From NCBI GenBank assembly GCA_021325135.1, contig JAJPHT010000030.1, positions 1 to 64,000 on the forward strand: 64,000 nt of DNA. The letters run 5' to 3'. The DNA comes from Pseudomonadota bacterium. GTDB taxonomy: Archaea > Thermoplasmatota > SW-10-69-26 > JACQPN01 > JAJPHT01. The position numbers were made by a program, and so were the translations under genes. Positions 56,165 through 64,000 of the stretch are shown here, one piece after another. The notes beneath the pieces are model-generated. The model was not told the DNA's origin. It saw only the letters and a program-made list of their open reading frames with translations, and searched no databases. The first letter of the stretch is position 1. Each line of letters begins with the position of its first letter.

Positions 56165-56668
56165 TCAGAAGGCCGCGAGGGCGGCGGCTCCGGCGGCGAG
56201 CAAGAGGAGCCCGACGAAGAGGGCGTGGCGACGCGGCGTGGCGTGCGCCTCGCGGGGAAGGATGGTCACGAGCGCGGCCAGGCCCGTTAGGTTGATCGCG
56301 TCGCCCACGTGCACAAGGCGCTCATCCTGGCCCCCATGCGCGAGTTCGAAGCCGATCAGGCCGACCTGGCACGTGATCAGGATCCCGTAGAGGACCGTGA
56401 GTGCTCGTGTGGCGCGCGAGCTCGTCGGCGCGACCTTCCCGGGCGCCTGATCTCCCGCCTTTTGCGCAGTCTCCTCTGCGGTGATGCGTGGGCGCAGGCG
56501 GTAGTAGGCGGCCGCGACGGCGAGGAGGAAGACCGCGTGAACGGTGGCGATCGTCCCGAGGGAGGCATGTGGGCCCCCCTTGAGGACCCGCAGGACGCGG
56601 TCGAGGTCTTGCAGGAGGGCCGTGACGACCACGGCGAGGCAGAGGGCGTCCGTGAGCCTCTCACCCAT
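56165..56668 (-). CDS. Membrane protein (about 5 TM)
   Basis: Several long hydrophobic segments; start abuts the upstream stop. Confidence 0.7.
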   Translation of the reverse strand: MGERLTDALCLAVVVTALLQDLDRVLRVLKGGPHASLGTIATVHAVFLLAVAAAYYRLRPRITAEETAQKAGDQAPGKVAPTSSRATRALTVLYGILITCQVGLIGFELAHGGQDERLVHVGDAINLTGLAALVTILPREAHATPRRHALFVGLLLLAAGAAALAAF

Positions 56669-57061
56669 CTAGTTCGCCCCCTGGGCGAGCAGCGTGAGGT
56701 GCTCCTCGACGGCCTCGCGGAGCTCGTCGTCGAAGAGTTCCTCCGGCACAAGCATGTCCTCAAAGCGCTGCTCCGCTTGGGCGCGCAGCTCGTCGTCGAA
56801 GATGATCTCCGGGCTCGTGGCTGCGGTGTAGAGGGCGCGCTCGGCCAGCCGGCGCTCCTCATCGTCGAGGATTTCCTCGGGCGCGGGTCCGTGGTAGGCG
56901 TGCTCCTCTTGGCGGCGGGCCACCTCGTTGCGCAGCGCGTCGTCGAGGATCTCTTCGAGGACGAGGTCCGCGACATGCAGGCCCCGCTGGGTCGGGACGA
57001 GCGTGGGGATGGGCTGGTTGTTCGTGAGGTCGTTCAGGTCGAACATGGTGGTTGCGTTCAT
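56669..57061 (-). CDS. Acidic repeat protein
   Basis: Four EEI/LxDDExR-like repeats; about 32 D/E in 130 aa and no Lys; purine-rich SD-like AGGAAAGGA. Confidence 0.75.
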   Translation of the reverse strand: MNATTMFDLNDLTNNQPIPTLVPTQRGLHVADLVLEEILDDALRNEVARRQEEHAYHGPAPEEILDDEERRLAERALYTAATSPEIIFDDELRAQAEQRFEDMLVPEELFDDELREAVEEHLTLLAQGAN

Positions 57062-57327
57062 GTGTGGATTCCTTTCCTGTTGGTTGCGCGGCAGAGCTCA
57101 CGCTCGGCCGCAGGTGGTCAATGGGATCGCCCATCTGGGCGGACGGCCTTCCTAGGCAATCCTCAGGGGCGAGACTTCCCAGTCGTGGTCCTCGCCAGCT
57201 TCCCAATCTTGGGGGTTGCCGGCGATCTCTTCCGCCTCACGGTGCGGAAGTGGTTCACCTCAGCCTGGTCTGCGCGGTCGAGGGCTCACGCTGATGCGCG
57301 AGGTCGAGGTGCAGAAGAGTGGGGTGT

Positions 57328-57594
57328 TCAGGCGGGGATGAGGTCGCCGTGGACGTAGGCGAGGTCCACGGCGAGTTCCAGGTCGGTGACCTCCCCCGGT
57401 GCGAGGTAGGTCCGCGTGGGGGAGCCGGTCTCGTCGAAGAGGCGGACGGCGAGGCGTCCGTCGCTTCGCTGGGTCCAGACCTCGGCTTCGTAGGTCGCGA
57501 TGGGGCCCAAGTCGCGCGGGCAGCGGGGGCCGACGTCGTAGCCGCAGCCGTTGGGCCACGCGCGGATCGGCCGCTGCGCCCTCGTCCTGGGCAT
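57328..57594 (-). CDS. Hypothetical protein
   Basis: TAATG coupling. Confidence 0.55.
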   Translation of the reverse strand: MPRTRAQRPIRAWPNGCGYDVGPRCPRDLGPIATYEAEVWTQRSDGRLAVRLFDETGSPTRTYLAPGEVTDLELAVDLAYVHGDLIPA

Positions 57595-57971
57595 TAGGAT
57601 CGCCTCCGCTTGGCGAGGCGCTTCGTGGCGTCCGCCATGGCCTTGGCGCCGTCGAGGTAGTACGTCGTGTGGCGTTCCTTGTCCTCGTTCCGGCTGCCGC
57701 CGCGGAGGAGGCTTCCGCCGATGATCCAGTCCGCGTGTCTCTCGGGTGTTGTCTCGAAGCAGATGTCTTCGAGCGTCGAGTCGGGCGTGGGGTCCTGGAC
57801 GATCCAGAAGCTCGTCAGGCGGCCATCGCCCGAATCCTTCAGAAGATCCCGGGCGTGGGCGAGGGCGCGCCCGAGGTCTTCACTGGGCGCCGTCTTGGTT
57901 GCGTGCGCGCTGCGGACGATTTGGCTGAGGGCTGCTTCGAGTTGAGCGACGCGGCACTCGGCGGGCTTCAT
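57594..57971 (-). CDS. Hypothetical protein
   Basis: ATGA coupling; FWIVQDPTPDSTLEDICFE. Confidence 0.65.
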   Translation of the reverse strand: MKPAECRVAQLEAALSQIVRSAHATKTAPSEDLGRALAHARDLLKDSGDGRLTSFWIVQDPTPDSTLEDICFETTPERHADWIIGGSLLRGGSRNEDKERHTTYYLDGAKAMADATKRLAKRRRS

Positions 57972-58159
57972 TGCGTGGCCCCCTGCCAGGTCGGGCGAGG
58001 CATTCCCGTTGGAGGGAGCGCGCTGCGCTCCTTCTGCTTGGCGCGTTCGTGGCGTGCCCGGTCTTGGCGCGGTGCGTTGCGGCGCCTGGGTCGGGTCCGC
58101 ACGAGGTTGACGTCGATCAGGCTGGGGGTGTTCTTTCGGAAGTGGTCGATGACGAACAT
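57968..58159 (-). CDS. Small basic protein
   Basis: 63 aa, coupled to the next gene. Confidence 0.45.
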   Translation of the reverse strand: MFVIDHFRKNTPSLIDVNLVRTRPRRRNAPRQDRARHERAKQKERSALPPTGMPRPTWQGATQ

Positions 58160-58489
58160 GGTGTCACATCACGCAGAATTCGTGGGCCGCGGTGGGACCG
58201 CGGCGCAGGTTTTTCGGGAGGGCGCTGGGCGGAGGACCCAGCGCGCGAGGCGGGGCTCTTACATCCGTGTAGAGCACACCAGCCGGCCAGGATGGACCGG
58301 CTTGTGTCCCGTCGGATGGCGGCGGCTGCGTTGTCGGGGGGTTTCTTGGGTTTCCTGATGGCGGTGGCTCTCATGCGTTTCACCTGTGGGTCCCCTCCGG
58401 GCTTGCACCGGAACCTGCCCACGGAAGGGCAGGGAAGCGTCTCGTGGGACCAATGGAGAAGCCAGGCGCGCTCCTGGGTGTGCGCCTGG

Positions 58490-58903
58490 TCAGAACGAGT
58501 GGCGGCGCGAGGTCGATTTGCGGCGGAGGCGCTCGCGCAGGCGGGTGACGGCCCCGCCAGCGCCGAAGAGATCATTGACCTCTTGGCGGCTGACGCGCTT
58601 GAGCCTCCGCAGCGTGATCTCGCCGAGCAATTCCAGGACGGGGCCGGGCCTTGGCTCCAGGGGGTGCCGCGCGCGGTCCTGGGGGTGTCGCCGCGGGTGT
58701 CCCCAGGGCGGTTCTCGGAAGGCGAGGAACTTGCCGATCACGCGCCCCTTGGGACCACGGCGTGGTACGGCCTCCTGGGCGGCTTCGCGGGCTTGGCGGA
58801 GGCGTGCGGGTCTTCCGCCGGCGGAAGGGGTTGCCTCCAGTCCGGCGGCGTGGAGCAGGACGCGGAGGGCCTCGCACCCCTCCTCGGGGAAAAGGTCCGT
58901 CAT
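58490..58903 (-). CDS. Hypothetical basic protein
   Basis: TGATG coupling, MTDLFPEE. Confidence 0.45.
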   Translation of the reverse strand: MTDLFPEEGCEALRVLLHAAGLEATPSAGGRPARLRQAREAAQEAVPRRGPKGRVIGKFLAFREPPWGHPRRHPQDRARHPLEPRPGPVLELLGEITLRRLKRVSRQEVNDLFGAGGAVTRLRERLRRKSTSRRHSF

Positions 58904-59055
58904 CAGCTCCCCGCTCCCTCGGGTCCGTAGAGGTTCCAGATCTTGTTCTGGGCGAGGTGCTGGGCGTAATCCTCGAGATCGTGCTCCAGGCGCTGGATGG
59001 CGTCCAGGGGGATGCCGTTCTGGCGGAGGCGCTCGATCACGGCCAGGGGGATCAT
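58903..59055 (-). CDS. Small hypothetical protein
   Basis: AGGAG SD + MIPLAVIERL. Confidence 0.5.
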   Translation of the reverse strand: MIPLAVIERLRQNGIPLDAIQRLEHDLEDYAQHLAQNKIWNLYGPEGAGS

Positions 59056-59711
59056 TGTCCACTCCTTGCGCGCCTGCGCGGGCGCGCTGCGTGATGCCTG
59101 GCTCACGAGCACCAATATGAGTCTTCGGCACGCACCCCCCGGGCTCCTCAGAGCCATCCGAGGGCGCGGGCCACCTCCTCGTGCGCCTTCACGTGGCCGG
59201 TGAGGCGCCAGTACCACTCTGCAATGCGCAACCTCAGGGCGGCTCCGCGAGGCGGGGCGTCGAGGTGGTCGCGCGCCTGGTGCAGCGCGCAGAGCCAGGC
59301 CTCGCGGGCGATGGCTTCGCGGACTACGCCAGAGCGGCGCGCGTGGTGTGTCCTCTTGCGGACCTCGTGGTCGTACCAGACGGCGAACGTGCGGCTGGCG
59401 CGGACGCCCGCCGCGCGGGCAGGGCACGCCACGCCCTTGATTTCGTCGGCGCCGTACGCAAAGCGCGCGACGGATCGGCTCGCGAGCACGGGTTCAGGCC
59501 TCCAGATCCGCTGCGGGTTCGCCGCGCAGATTGGCCCGCGGGATGGGGTATTCGCGCCAGTCGAGCGGGACGTGTGCGGGGAGCACGATGGCGCGCTGGA
59601 GGCGCGAAGCGCTCGGGGCGAAGATGCGGGGCGTTCGGCTGCGGGTCGTCTTGGAGATCTTGCTGTCGCTGGTTGTCATGGGTCATTCCTCAGAAAGTCC
59701 GGGACTGATGT

Positions 59712-60296
59712 TCAGGGGGAGAGGGCGTACGTGTCGAGGCTCGTCACGGCCTGCCGCGCAGGTCCGACCTCGACGATGCGAGGCTCAGCGCCGCGAGGGG
59801 CGCGGTGGCTGAGGCGGAGGCCAAAGCCTCGCGTCTTGCTGAATTGCGCAACGACGTCGCGCAACCTCGGGCGGGTCTCCACGATGTCGGGCCGAGACGT
59901 CGGCTTGGCGGGGCGGCCGCGGCCGCGCTTGCTGGGCAGGCCCAGACGGCGGCGCTGGTAGGTGAACGCGTGCGGGGGCACGCTCAAGAGCAGGGCCGCT
60001 TCGGCGTCGTGGTCAGCCAGTTCGTAGGTCTCGGCGATCTCAAGGAGACCTCGCGCGCGCACGAGACTCGCTTGGACGCGGCGGTCGTGTTCGGCGTCCG
60101 CCTTGATGCCCCAGGTGGGGTTGCCGCGGCGTTGCTTGGCGATGAGGCCGAGGCGCGTGCGGCGATTGCGCCACGTCGAGAGGCGGCAGTGCGCGAGAGC
60201 GGCAGATTCGGGGTCATTCTTGCCGATGAGGTAGGCGCTGAGCGTGTCGAGGAGTTCAGCGAGTTTCGTCTCTGCGGGTTCGTGTCTCGTTTGCAT
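59712..60296 (-). CDS. Putative DNA-binding protein: two HTH-like repeats plus AT-hook
   Basis: NDPESAALAHC...TWRNRRTRLGL and HDAEAALLLSV...AFTYQRRRLGL; KRGRGRP; GGTGA SD before the ATG at 60296. Confidence 0.65.
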   Translation of the reverse strand: MQTRHEPAETKLAELLDTLSAYLIGKNDPESAALAHCRLSTWRNRRTRLGLIAKQRRGNPTWGIKADAEHDRRVQASLVRARGLLEIAETYELADHDAEAALLLSVPPHAFTYQRRRLGLPSKRGRGRPAKPTSRPDIVETRPRLRDVVAQFSKTRGFGLRLSHRAPRGAEPRIVEVGPARQAVTSLDTYALSP

Positions 60297-61599
60297 GGTT
60301 TCACCTAGGTTGGTTGTGTGGGTCGGGCGGGGAGTTTCACCTCGCCTCCGCAAGGGGAGCCGGTGGGCCGACCAGGGAGAAAGGCCGTGGGCGAACTGGG
60401 CCGAAGCGAGTCGGGCCTTCAACGCGAGCCGGAGCTCAAGCTCGGGCGTGACTCGCTTCGTCGTCGTAGCATCCCACGGCGTAAGAGTTGGCCACGAATG
60501 GGGCTCGTGGCCGGGCCCTTCGCCAATTTTGGTGGCCCTGGCGAATGGGCCTTGGCGCGTCTTGTCCCAGTGCCGGCGCGCGCCCTTGCCGGCGTCGAGT
60601 CCCGAAAAACGTGGCTCGGGTTGGCCAGGTCTGGGTCCATGGCTTGCCGCGGCGCGCGGGGAGGCGTTGACATGCCTCATCGCGGCTTGGGCTCGCCGAG
60701 GACCCTGGGTGGTTTTGAGCCGCCCGATCCAGCCTGCCCTTGGAAGGTGCGCGCTCGACTCGCGCACCTCGCTGGGGGCCTGCTGGATCGGCCACGGCTG
60801 CCGCGCGAGCTCAGGAGAAAACCTTCGACATTGCCTGGGGTTCGAGCCGAGCCGGCGCGGACTTGAGCAAACCACGCCTCACGCCCTTTCACCGCTCCGC
60901 CGCTCCGGCTCGACTTTCACGTGGCCTGAGCAGGCGGCTGCGCATGTTGCCGCGCCGCGCGTTCTAAGCGCACCCCGGTTTGGGGGGGTGCGCCCGGGAC
61001 TTTTTCCCGACCCTGCGACGAAGGTGTGGGCGCGCAGACTGGTCGCTGCGCGCCATCGCCTTGTCGGGGTCAGTACCCCGTTTCCTCGCGGACAGGTCCC
61101 CAACGACCTCAAGCAGCGTGCGTTGGCGCGCGCTGGGTCGTGGTGTTCCGTCCTGCGAGGCCGCCCTGGAAGCCGTTCTTGCTGGCTTGGGGCGGAGGAC
61201 CCGCTGGTGTGGGTGTGGTTCACTCTCTCCGGACCTATCGACCGCCACCGTGGTTTGGTAGGACTCCCGCGTCCGGCGCGGGCAAGTTTCGGCCATTCAT
61301 CCATCCCAGCCGCGCGGACTCGTGGTCTCAACGCCCCGTGGAGCGCATGGCTCGGTGGGGCGCCTTGATCGCAAGGTCGCGGGTGGGACTTCTGCGCGTA
61401 CATGTCTCGCGGAGCGTCTACGCGCACGTCCGCGGTCCCCAACTCTGACCCTTGAGGAACAGGTCGCTTCCACTTCTTGCTCCTCCTCACGAGGAGCGCG
61501 CCGACGCGCGGCGCGATGCTCAGGTGGTCCACGACGACCAGAACGCTCCCACTGGAGCTCCTCTGAGCACTATTTTTCCGAGAATTTCCCTCACCCACG

Positions 61600-61623
61600 A
61601 GGACCCCCTGGGTCGGGGGTCCT
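61600..61623. repeat. Perfect 9-bp hairpin
   Basis: AGGACCCCC-TGGGTC-GGGGGTCCT. Confidence 0.8.
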
Positions 61624-61685
61624 GGACGAGATTTTTTCTTCGGGCCTGCGATGGCCCATGGGGAGCCCTGTTTTCGGTCCCCATT

Positions 61686-61739
61686 TTCAGAATTGGCCCG
61701 TCGTGGTCCCCCTTGCCTTCCCCACATGCCAATTCTGAA
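61686..61739. repeat. Perfect 12-bp inverted repeat, 30 nt spacer
   Basis: TTCAGAATTGGC (61686-61697) and GCCAATTCTGAA (61728-61739); AGAATTGGC recurs at 61763-61771. Confidence 0.85.
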
Positions 61740-61755
61740 TCGGGCTCTCTGGTTC

Positions 61756-61900
61756 GAAAAAAAGAATTGGCGGAAAAAGAAAGGTAGCTCCGCCGTGGGG
61801 GGCCTTCGGCCACTCCCGGAGTTCGGAGCCAAGAAAAAAGTCGGAACGTGTGAGGAAGGCAATCGGGCTCCCGCGCGCGGCGTCGATGGGATGAAAAAAG
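61756..61900 (-). terminator. Cluster of four oligo-T tracts (minus strand) downstream of 61941-62813
   Basis: + strand A6-A7 runs at about 61757, 61774, 61834 and 61894; archaeal terminators are oligo-T (established); role here inferred. Confidence 0.5.
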
Positions 61901-61940
61901 GCTTAGGGCTCCAGGCGCGCGGCGCGGGGGCGAGGCCTCG

Positions 61941-62813
61941 TCAAAGCAGGGCGTTCATGTAGTCCGAAAGATCGACGCCGGGCCCAGGCGCGATGAAGGA
62001 GGCTTGGGTGGAACCGTGGTTGTTGGTCGGGTCGGTGTCTGCCCAGGCGAAGACGTCCACATTGAGCGACAACGTTCCCACTCGGCCGGTGCCGCTCCAT
62101 GTGAACGTGAACGTGCGGGTGGTGCCCGCTGGCACATCGACGCGCTCGTCGGAGACGAAAGTCCCTGTGAGGTTGTCGTAGCCGTGGTCGATCAGGCGCA
62201 CTTCGGTGTGCGGCGCATCGCCCATCGTGGGATTGCGAAGCGTCACTTGGACGCGCTTGGTCTCGGGCTTGTGGATCTCGCCCGTGGGAGGGCTCGCGAC
62301 GGGAGCCTGCTCGAGGACTTGGACGTTGAGCACTTGGACGTCAGGGACAATGGCGATTCCGTGGGTGACGGTGTAGGTGGCGACGCGGTCGAAGAACTGG
62401 GGGTGCATGTCGATGCAGAGGATGGCCTCGCTGGTGGGGACGATGGCTCGGACGTCGTAGACGTTGCCGGGGGGCCACTGGGAGTCGGCGAGGATGGTGC
62501 CATCGGGCGTCATGAGGAAGACGAAGAGGGGCGCATAGTCGGGGCTCGTCTTCGTCACCGTGTAGGCCATGGGCGTGCCGGGGGTGAGGGTGTCTTGATA
62601 ACAATCGGAGCCGTCGATGTTACTTCCCATCTCGCCGCTGAAGTTGCCCTCTGGCATGGGCATGGCGTCTGTGAGGCTGTTTTGGGCGTCTTGGCCCGTC
62701 CCAGCGTCATCGTCGTACCGCGCGCTTGCGAGGTTCATCGAGCTGAGCATCAGGAGGAAGACGAGGGCGAGGATGGTGATGAGGCGCACGGGGATTCTCC
62801 TTGAGGGCAGCAT
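61941..62813 (-). CDS. Secreted protein with PPC-like and CARDB domains
   Basis: Signal peptide; DDAGTGQDA.N....A; PDVQV...VTLRN...F.W......D....DTDPTNN. Alternative ATG at 62834. Confidence 0.8.
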   Translation of the reverse strand: MLPSRRIPVRLITILALVFLLMLSSMNLASARYDDDAGTGQDAQNSLTDAMPMPEGNFSGEMGSNIDGSDCYQDTLTPGTPMAYTVTKTSPDYAPLFVFLMTPDGTILADSQWPPGNVYDVRAIVPTSEAILCIDMHPQFFDRVATYTVTHGIAIVPDVQVLNVQVLEQAPVASPPTGEIHKPETKRVQVTLRNPTMGDAPHTEVRLIDHGYDNLTGTFVSDERVDVPAGTTRTFTFTWSGTGRVGTLSLNVDVFAWADTDPTNNHGSTQASFIAPGPGVDLSDYMNALL

Positions 62814-62844
62814 AGGACCCGGTTCATTTCGCATTTGTAACGGT

Positions 62845-64000
62845 TCAGGGCAGCGAGGCGGCCTGGAGGAGGCTGGCCAAGCTGAATCCCATGCCCAGGC
62901 CTCCGATGAGGACGCTTTGATGGGTGCAGGCGGCGTTGTTGTCTGGGTCGCGCTCCGCCCCGTGGGGCGAGGCTTGGGCGCAGAGGGAAACGTCTCCGAT
63001 CGTCCCCGTGGTGTTCCAGGTGGTCTCCACCAAGGCCGAGTCGCCTGCCGGGATGGACGGAATCAGGATGCGCGCGATGATCTGCGGCGCGGAGCTGAGC
63101 CCAGTGGGGTCTTGGGCCTCGGAGGTCAGGAGGAGCTGGCCGCCTTCGGAGGCAGTGGCGCCGCGGTTGTGGATCCGGACGTGGACGACGCGTTCGGGGG
63201 AAGCGTGGTTGGGCACGGTGCCCCCGTCGGTCGTGATGGGGTTCTGCGTGACAGTGATGTCGGTTGGGCTGAGGGCGAGGTCGGGGCGGTTGTCCACGTT
63301 GAGGTGGAGCAACGCGCCCGTGCTGGCTCCCTGCTCGTCGGTGACCAGGACGTAGATGTCGGCCGTGGCTTGCGGGCCGAGGAGGCGCGCGTCGAACGTG
63401 AAGCTCCAGTTCTCCTTACCGAAGGCCGTCCTGAGCGGGCCCCCGTTGAGGGTCCATTGGACGCTGGCCAGGCTCGCAGTGGGGGAGTAGGCGTGTCCTT
63501 GGACGGTCACGCTGCCGTTCTGGGTCGCGTTGGCGAGGGGCGAATCGATGCTCAGCGCGGGCGGGGCCGCGTTGCGCACGAGGAACTGCACGTCCGCAAC
63601 GGCAGAGGTCGCCACACCGTCCGAGGCTTGGGCCTGGAGGTCGTGGAGGCCCTCGGCGAGGGCGATCGTGTCCACGAAGCGCGACCAGGGGGCGGCGCCC
63701 TGGGCGGGCATCCAGGGGCCCTGGTCCACACGGACGGACACCGTGACGGGATCGCCCTCAGGGTCGCTGACGGCGCCCGAGACGCGGAGAATGCCGCTGA
63801 CGTTCTCCAGGCTCGCCGGGGACGTGATGGCCAGCGTGGGGGGCTGGTTGGGCAGGGCTGGGGCCACCTCGACGCGCACGAACGCGACTGCGAGAGACCC
63901 GCCGGGGGGTTGGACGTGGGCCTCCAGGAGGAGGGGCGTCGCGACGTCGGGCCGTAGGCTCAGGTCGTACATGCCGTCCTGGCCGAAGCCCGGCGAGCCG
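62845..64000 (-). CDS. Secreted protein with Ig-like (Big) repeats and a CARDB domain (5' end outside window)
   Basis: NQPPTLAITSP..VSG...VSG..SDPEG; PDLAL...V.V.I.N.G; ERDPDNN; frame open to the window end. Confidence 0.85.
   Translation of the reverse strand, partial: GSPGFGQDGMYDLSLRPDVATPLLLEAHVQPPGGSLAVAFVRVEVAPALPNQPPTLAITSPASLENVSGILRVSGAVSDPEGDPVTVSVRVDQGPWMPAQGAAPWSRFVDTIALAEGLHDLQAQASDGVATSAVADVQFLVRNAAPPALSIDSPLANATQNGSVTVQGHAYSPTASLASVQWTLNGGPLRTAFGKENWSFTFDARLLGPQATADIYVLVTDEQGASTGALLHLNVDNRPDLALSPTDITVTQNPITTDGGTVPNHASPERVVHVRIHNRGATASEGGQLLLTSEAQDPTGLSSAPQIIARILIPSIPAGDSALVETTWNTTGTIGDVSLCAQASPHGAERDPDNNAACTHQSVLIGGLGMGFSLASLLQAASLP

Larger units (their letters stand above)
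8037..60296 (-). mobile_element. Large unidirectional accessory gene array of probable plasmid/virus/ICE origin (boundaries approximate)
   Basis: About 70 tightly packed minus-strand genes, typical MGE cargo (DUF3560, orphan MTases, Ku, ligase, Mom-like) and a shared upstream motif. No integrase or att site was identified. Confidence 0.7.

Noticed and set aside
59701-59714. Possible degenerate motif copy (gggactgatgttca) before 59686; similar weak copy at 50788
   Set aside because: Needs an insertion or multiple mismatches; not counted.
60800-60862. tRNA-like fragment (AGCTCAG...GGGTTCGAG, CCGCGC/GCGCGG ends)
   Set aside because: Too short, no proper D or anticodon arm, and the T-stem pairs poorly; tRNAscan-SE/ARAGORN would be needed to rescue it.
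60297-61862. ORFs called in the head region (60879-61862, 60244-61368, 5' extension of 59712-60875)
   Set aside because: Low-complexity Arg/Pro/Gly translations crossing homopolymer tracts; more consistent with non-coding DNA.
6530-61920. att-like direct repeats bounding the array (cttagcgccagg versus cttagggctccagg)
   Set aside because: Similarity is short and gapped, and there is no integrase or tRNA target nearby.

Overview
High-GC window with three parts. (1) Left flank (1-6.5 kb, + strand): the 3' part of a very large FN3/HYR surface protein, then a geranylgeranyl-reductase-family gene with an archaeal-type TATA-like box about 30 nt upstream. (2) About 52 kb (8.0-60.3 kb) of roughly 70 mostly small, almost all minus-strand genes with plasmid/virus-type accessory content: four orphan DNA methyltransferases, a Mom-like protein, a QueF-like protein, Ku, an ATP-dependent ligase, a FEN1-like nuclease, DUF3560, a GHKL ATPase and many Zn-ribbon proteins. 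No integrase, relaxase, capsid or polymerase was recognised. (3) A 1.6 kb non-coding stretch with inverted repeats and A/T tracts, then CARDB/Ig-like surface genes. The main unexplained signal is a non-palindromic motif, 5'-TG(G/A)AC(G/C)AAG(C/T)CC-3' on the minus strand. I located 44 copies by eye between 11.3 and 56.1 kb; 38 end 15-20 nt (32 end 16-18 nt) upstream of a start codon. It is neither a Shine-Dalgarno nor a TATA box. It precedes most genes in this span that are not translationally coupled and was not seen before the flanking genes, suggesting a dedicated element-specific expression signal. An archaeal host is inferred, not shown. All family calls come from motif recognition by eye; no database searches were run.
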